Positions 61,591-64,000 of a stretch of 64,000 nt of DNA are shown in pieces. The stretch lies in the IMG/VR virus record IMGVR_UViG_3300028914_000071, positions 13,509 through 77,508 of that record, one strand, 5' to 3'. The stretch comes from a virus. Taxonomy: Duplodnaviria > Caudoviricetes. The position numbers and the translations under genes are program-made. Below the pieces are notes generated by a model. It saw only the letters and a list, made by a program, of their open reading frames with translations. It had not been told where the DNA came from and searched no databases. Position 1 is the stretch's first letter; each line of letters opens with the position of its first letter.

Positions 61591-63587
61591 AATTAACTTA
61601 GGCAGATTTAGCTGTAGATTTAGAAAGCTGTTTTAAAGAGTTATCAGAGCAGTCTTTCCGCAAAGAATAGCAACTATATAGTAAAGCTGAATATCCAATA
61701 GATACACCTGAACATTTATATAGTTTGCTTTTAACAGAAGATGGTTTTAAAACTTATCAATTAGCTTTAAAAAGAGCTGTTTTTGGTACAAATTATGAGT
61801 GGTTACAATATTTATATTATTTCTAGGTTAGAAATTCTATTATAAAACGTTTTAATAATTCAGATGTTATTGGCTAGTTAACCGGTGAATAGGGTCTGAA
61901 GGATTTGAGAAAAACTGTTATAGCTTCCACTCCGGAGCTTCAAACTAATAAATGGCAAGGTGAATTTTTAGACCGTAATGGCAATGTAAATTTGCGTAGC
62001 TTAGAAATAGTAATGAAAAAGATGGGTGAAGAAATTTACAGGCGTTTTAGAAAAGGTATGGAGGGCTTAGATGACGGAAAAGGCGGTGCATTAAAAGAAA
62101 GTATGCTAGCCGATTTATCTGATGTAATAATGCGTGGTATGCTCAATGGTTCATATACCATATATAAAAAAGTAAAAGGCCCCGATGGAAAAGTACAAAG
62201 AGAGAAAAAAAATAATGTAAAAATTTTTAGCGTAGTGAGGGATGGGGGCTTAGAGAAAGTTAAACATAAGATAAAAATGGTAAAGGTTGGTAGTGAATAT
62301 GTAGCAGAAGCCTTTAAAGTTACACTAAATCTTCCGAATGAAGATTTAGATTTTGTACAGCTAAATTTAGACCAAGAAACTATGTTAAAAAATTTACATT
62401 TGGGGATTAGTAGCGTGCTATAGAATCCAAAATATAGTGCATTATAGTTAAAAGACGGTGAATAGTTAGGCTCTAAATTTAAAGGGTCTGAATTTGTTGT
62501 TTAGCTTCGTGCGGCAGGAATTACCGCCAACTCTAAAAAAATAGACTACAATAAGGTAGCAGAAATTTTTTTAAGGGTAGTAGCAGATGCAATTATAACA
62601 AATAAACCAAAAGATGATGGGGTAATAATTAATGAATCTATGATTATGCAACATTAGGGTAGGTTAAAATAGCTAATGGAAAATGACCCGCATTTACTCA
62701 AAGAGTTGTTTAAAACAACTACTTTATCCGCAACATCTGGTACTATGGGAGAAATATTAATGGCATTGTTTTTAAACTCCATGAATACGGAATATAATAT
62801 GGAATACATCGTCGAAGTGCTTGGACAAAAAAGTACAGGTAGCGGTCAAAACGCTATTGATATTGCAATGTATCAGGAAGAAAAAGGTAAATTAAATGGT
62901 TTAGGTTTTCAGATTAAGTCTGGTTCTACTTTTGGTTAGGGTATTCTAATGTATGATTTTTGTTTTAATATTTATAACCAAAAGACTGCTTCAAGATACT
63001 TTACTGATTCAATATATGATAGACTTGTCGAAACATTAAATAGATTATGGTTATATCGTCAATATAACTATGTGGACAAGACCTTTGCCTTCGGCGAGGG
63101 TTTAATGCCAAGTATTTAGTTGGAACTACAGCGTGCCAAACCTAATTTTTTACGTTATGGATAGGCAGACCAGTTAGACGAATACAAAGAACTTAGAAAC
63201 AATTTTTATGTTGTCAACTTTAATTTTATTCCTTCTTCTGCTATTTTTTAGTCTTTCTATCAATCACTAAAAAATAAAACAGATTTGGGAAGTATGAATG
63301 GAGAATTTGCTTTCGGATATACTCCATACAGGAGAAGATAGATGCATAGAAATACAGATGAAGATTATTTATTAGGCACTTGGGATGATGCATTCTTAGA
63401 TATGTTTGGTAATCCAAAAAGTGTAGAAGAAATAGCAGATAAATTAGCGCCTTATCTTAATGAACAAGGCAAAGTTGTTCCGGGCGAAGTGCCTGAAATA
63501 TGGAGAGATAGTCTCAAACTTTTCTTTAGTGGTTTACAAATAAATATTAAAGATAAGCTTGAAATATTAATTCAAAAAGCTTTATAA
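61587..63587 (+). CDS. large hypothetical protein (code 15)
   Basis: Track fragments 61905, 62676, 63342 share one frame with sixteen TAG and no TAA/TGA; AIDI..GFQIK motif. Confidence 0.75.
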
Positions 63588-63603
63588 AAAGGAGAGTGAT
63601 TAA

Positions 63604-64000
63604 ATGGGAAATAAAACAGTTTATAGTGTAGACCTCGATACTACCAGTCTTGTCTCTAGCTATAAAAAGGCATTAAAAGAGATGGAGGCTGCTGGTTATA
63701 GTTCCGATGCGTTATCTCCTATAAATAAAAGTTTAGAAAGATTAGAAAAACAGTATGCTAAATTAAAACAGCAAGGTACAAAAGGTTTTACCACTGGTAA
63801 AGACATTGATAAATATCAATAGGATGTTAATGCCCTTATATTAAATTTTAAAGACCTTGATAGACAGTTTAAAAACTTAAGAGTTGATGTTAAGGATTTA
63901 AGTGGAAAAACTAAGGTGGCGTTAGCTGGTTTAAATAGCGTTTTTAGTAGTGCTGGTTTTTAGAATATTGATAAAGTAATGAAAAACATTCTTGTAGCTT
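63604..64000 (+). CDS. probable tape measure protein, 5' part (code 15, runs off window)
   Basis: AAAGGAG RBS; helical K/L/E-rich; open to the window end through two TAG; position after tail genes. Confidence 0.55.

Noticed and set aside
39147-64000. Fragmented late genes as pseudogenes, frameshifts or introns
   Set aside because: Fragments stay in one frame and are separated only by TAG; reading TAG as Gln restores full-length genes with intact motifs.

Overview
A 64-kb piece of a large tailed dsDNA phage genome, probably infecting a Firmicute (sigmaA-type TTGACA/TGnTATAAT promoters, AGGAGG RBSs, a dockerin-like motif hinting at a Ruminococcus-type host). Three blocks are visible. (1) 1-12 kb, + strand: two tRNAs, two Y-RNA-like ncRNAs, a Ro60/TROVE gene, many small acidic ORFs, a winged-helix protein and a Pif1-like helicase, ending in a non-coding repeat and hairpin zone (12.0-13.6 kb). 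(2) 13.6-39 kb, mostly - strand: about 45 small accessory ORFs split into about 28 separately promoted cassettes. Almost every cassette boundary carries the same dyad TGGAAAAnn-GCCCGGGC-nnTTTTCCA (29 GCCCGGGC cores counted) between a terminator and a promoter. The block ends in an iteron-like, AT-rich, inverted-repeat zone (36.5-39 kb). (3) 39.1-64 kb, + strand: virion morphogenesis genes (terminase, portal, protease-scaffold, capsid, neck, five paralogous tail-tube-like genes, start of a probable tape measure), which are intact only if TAG is read as Gln (code 15). All calls were made by eye from the sequence and ORF track; no database search was run.
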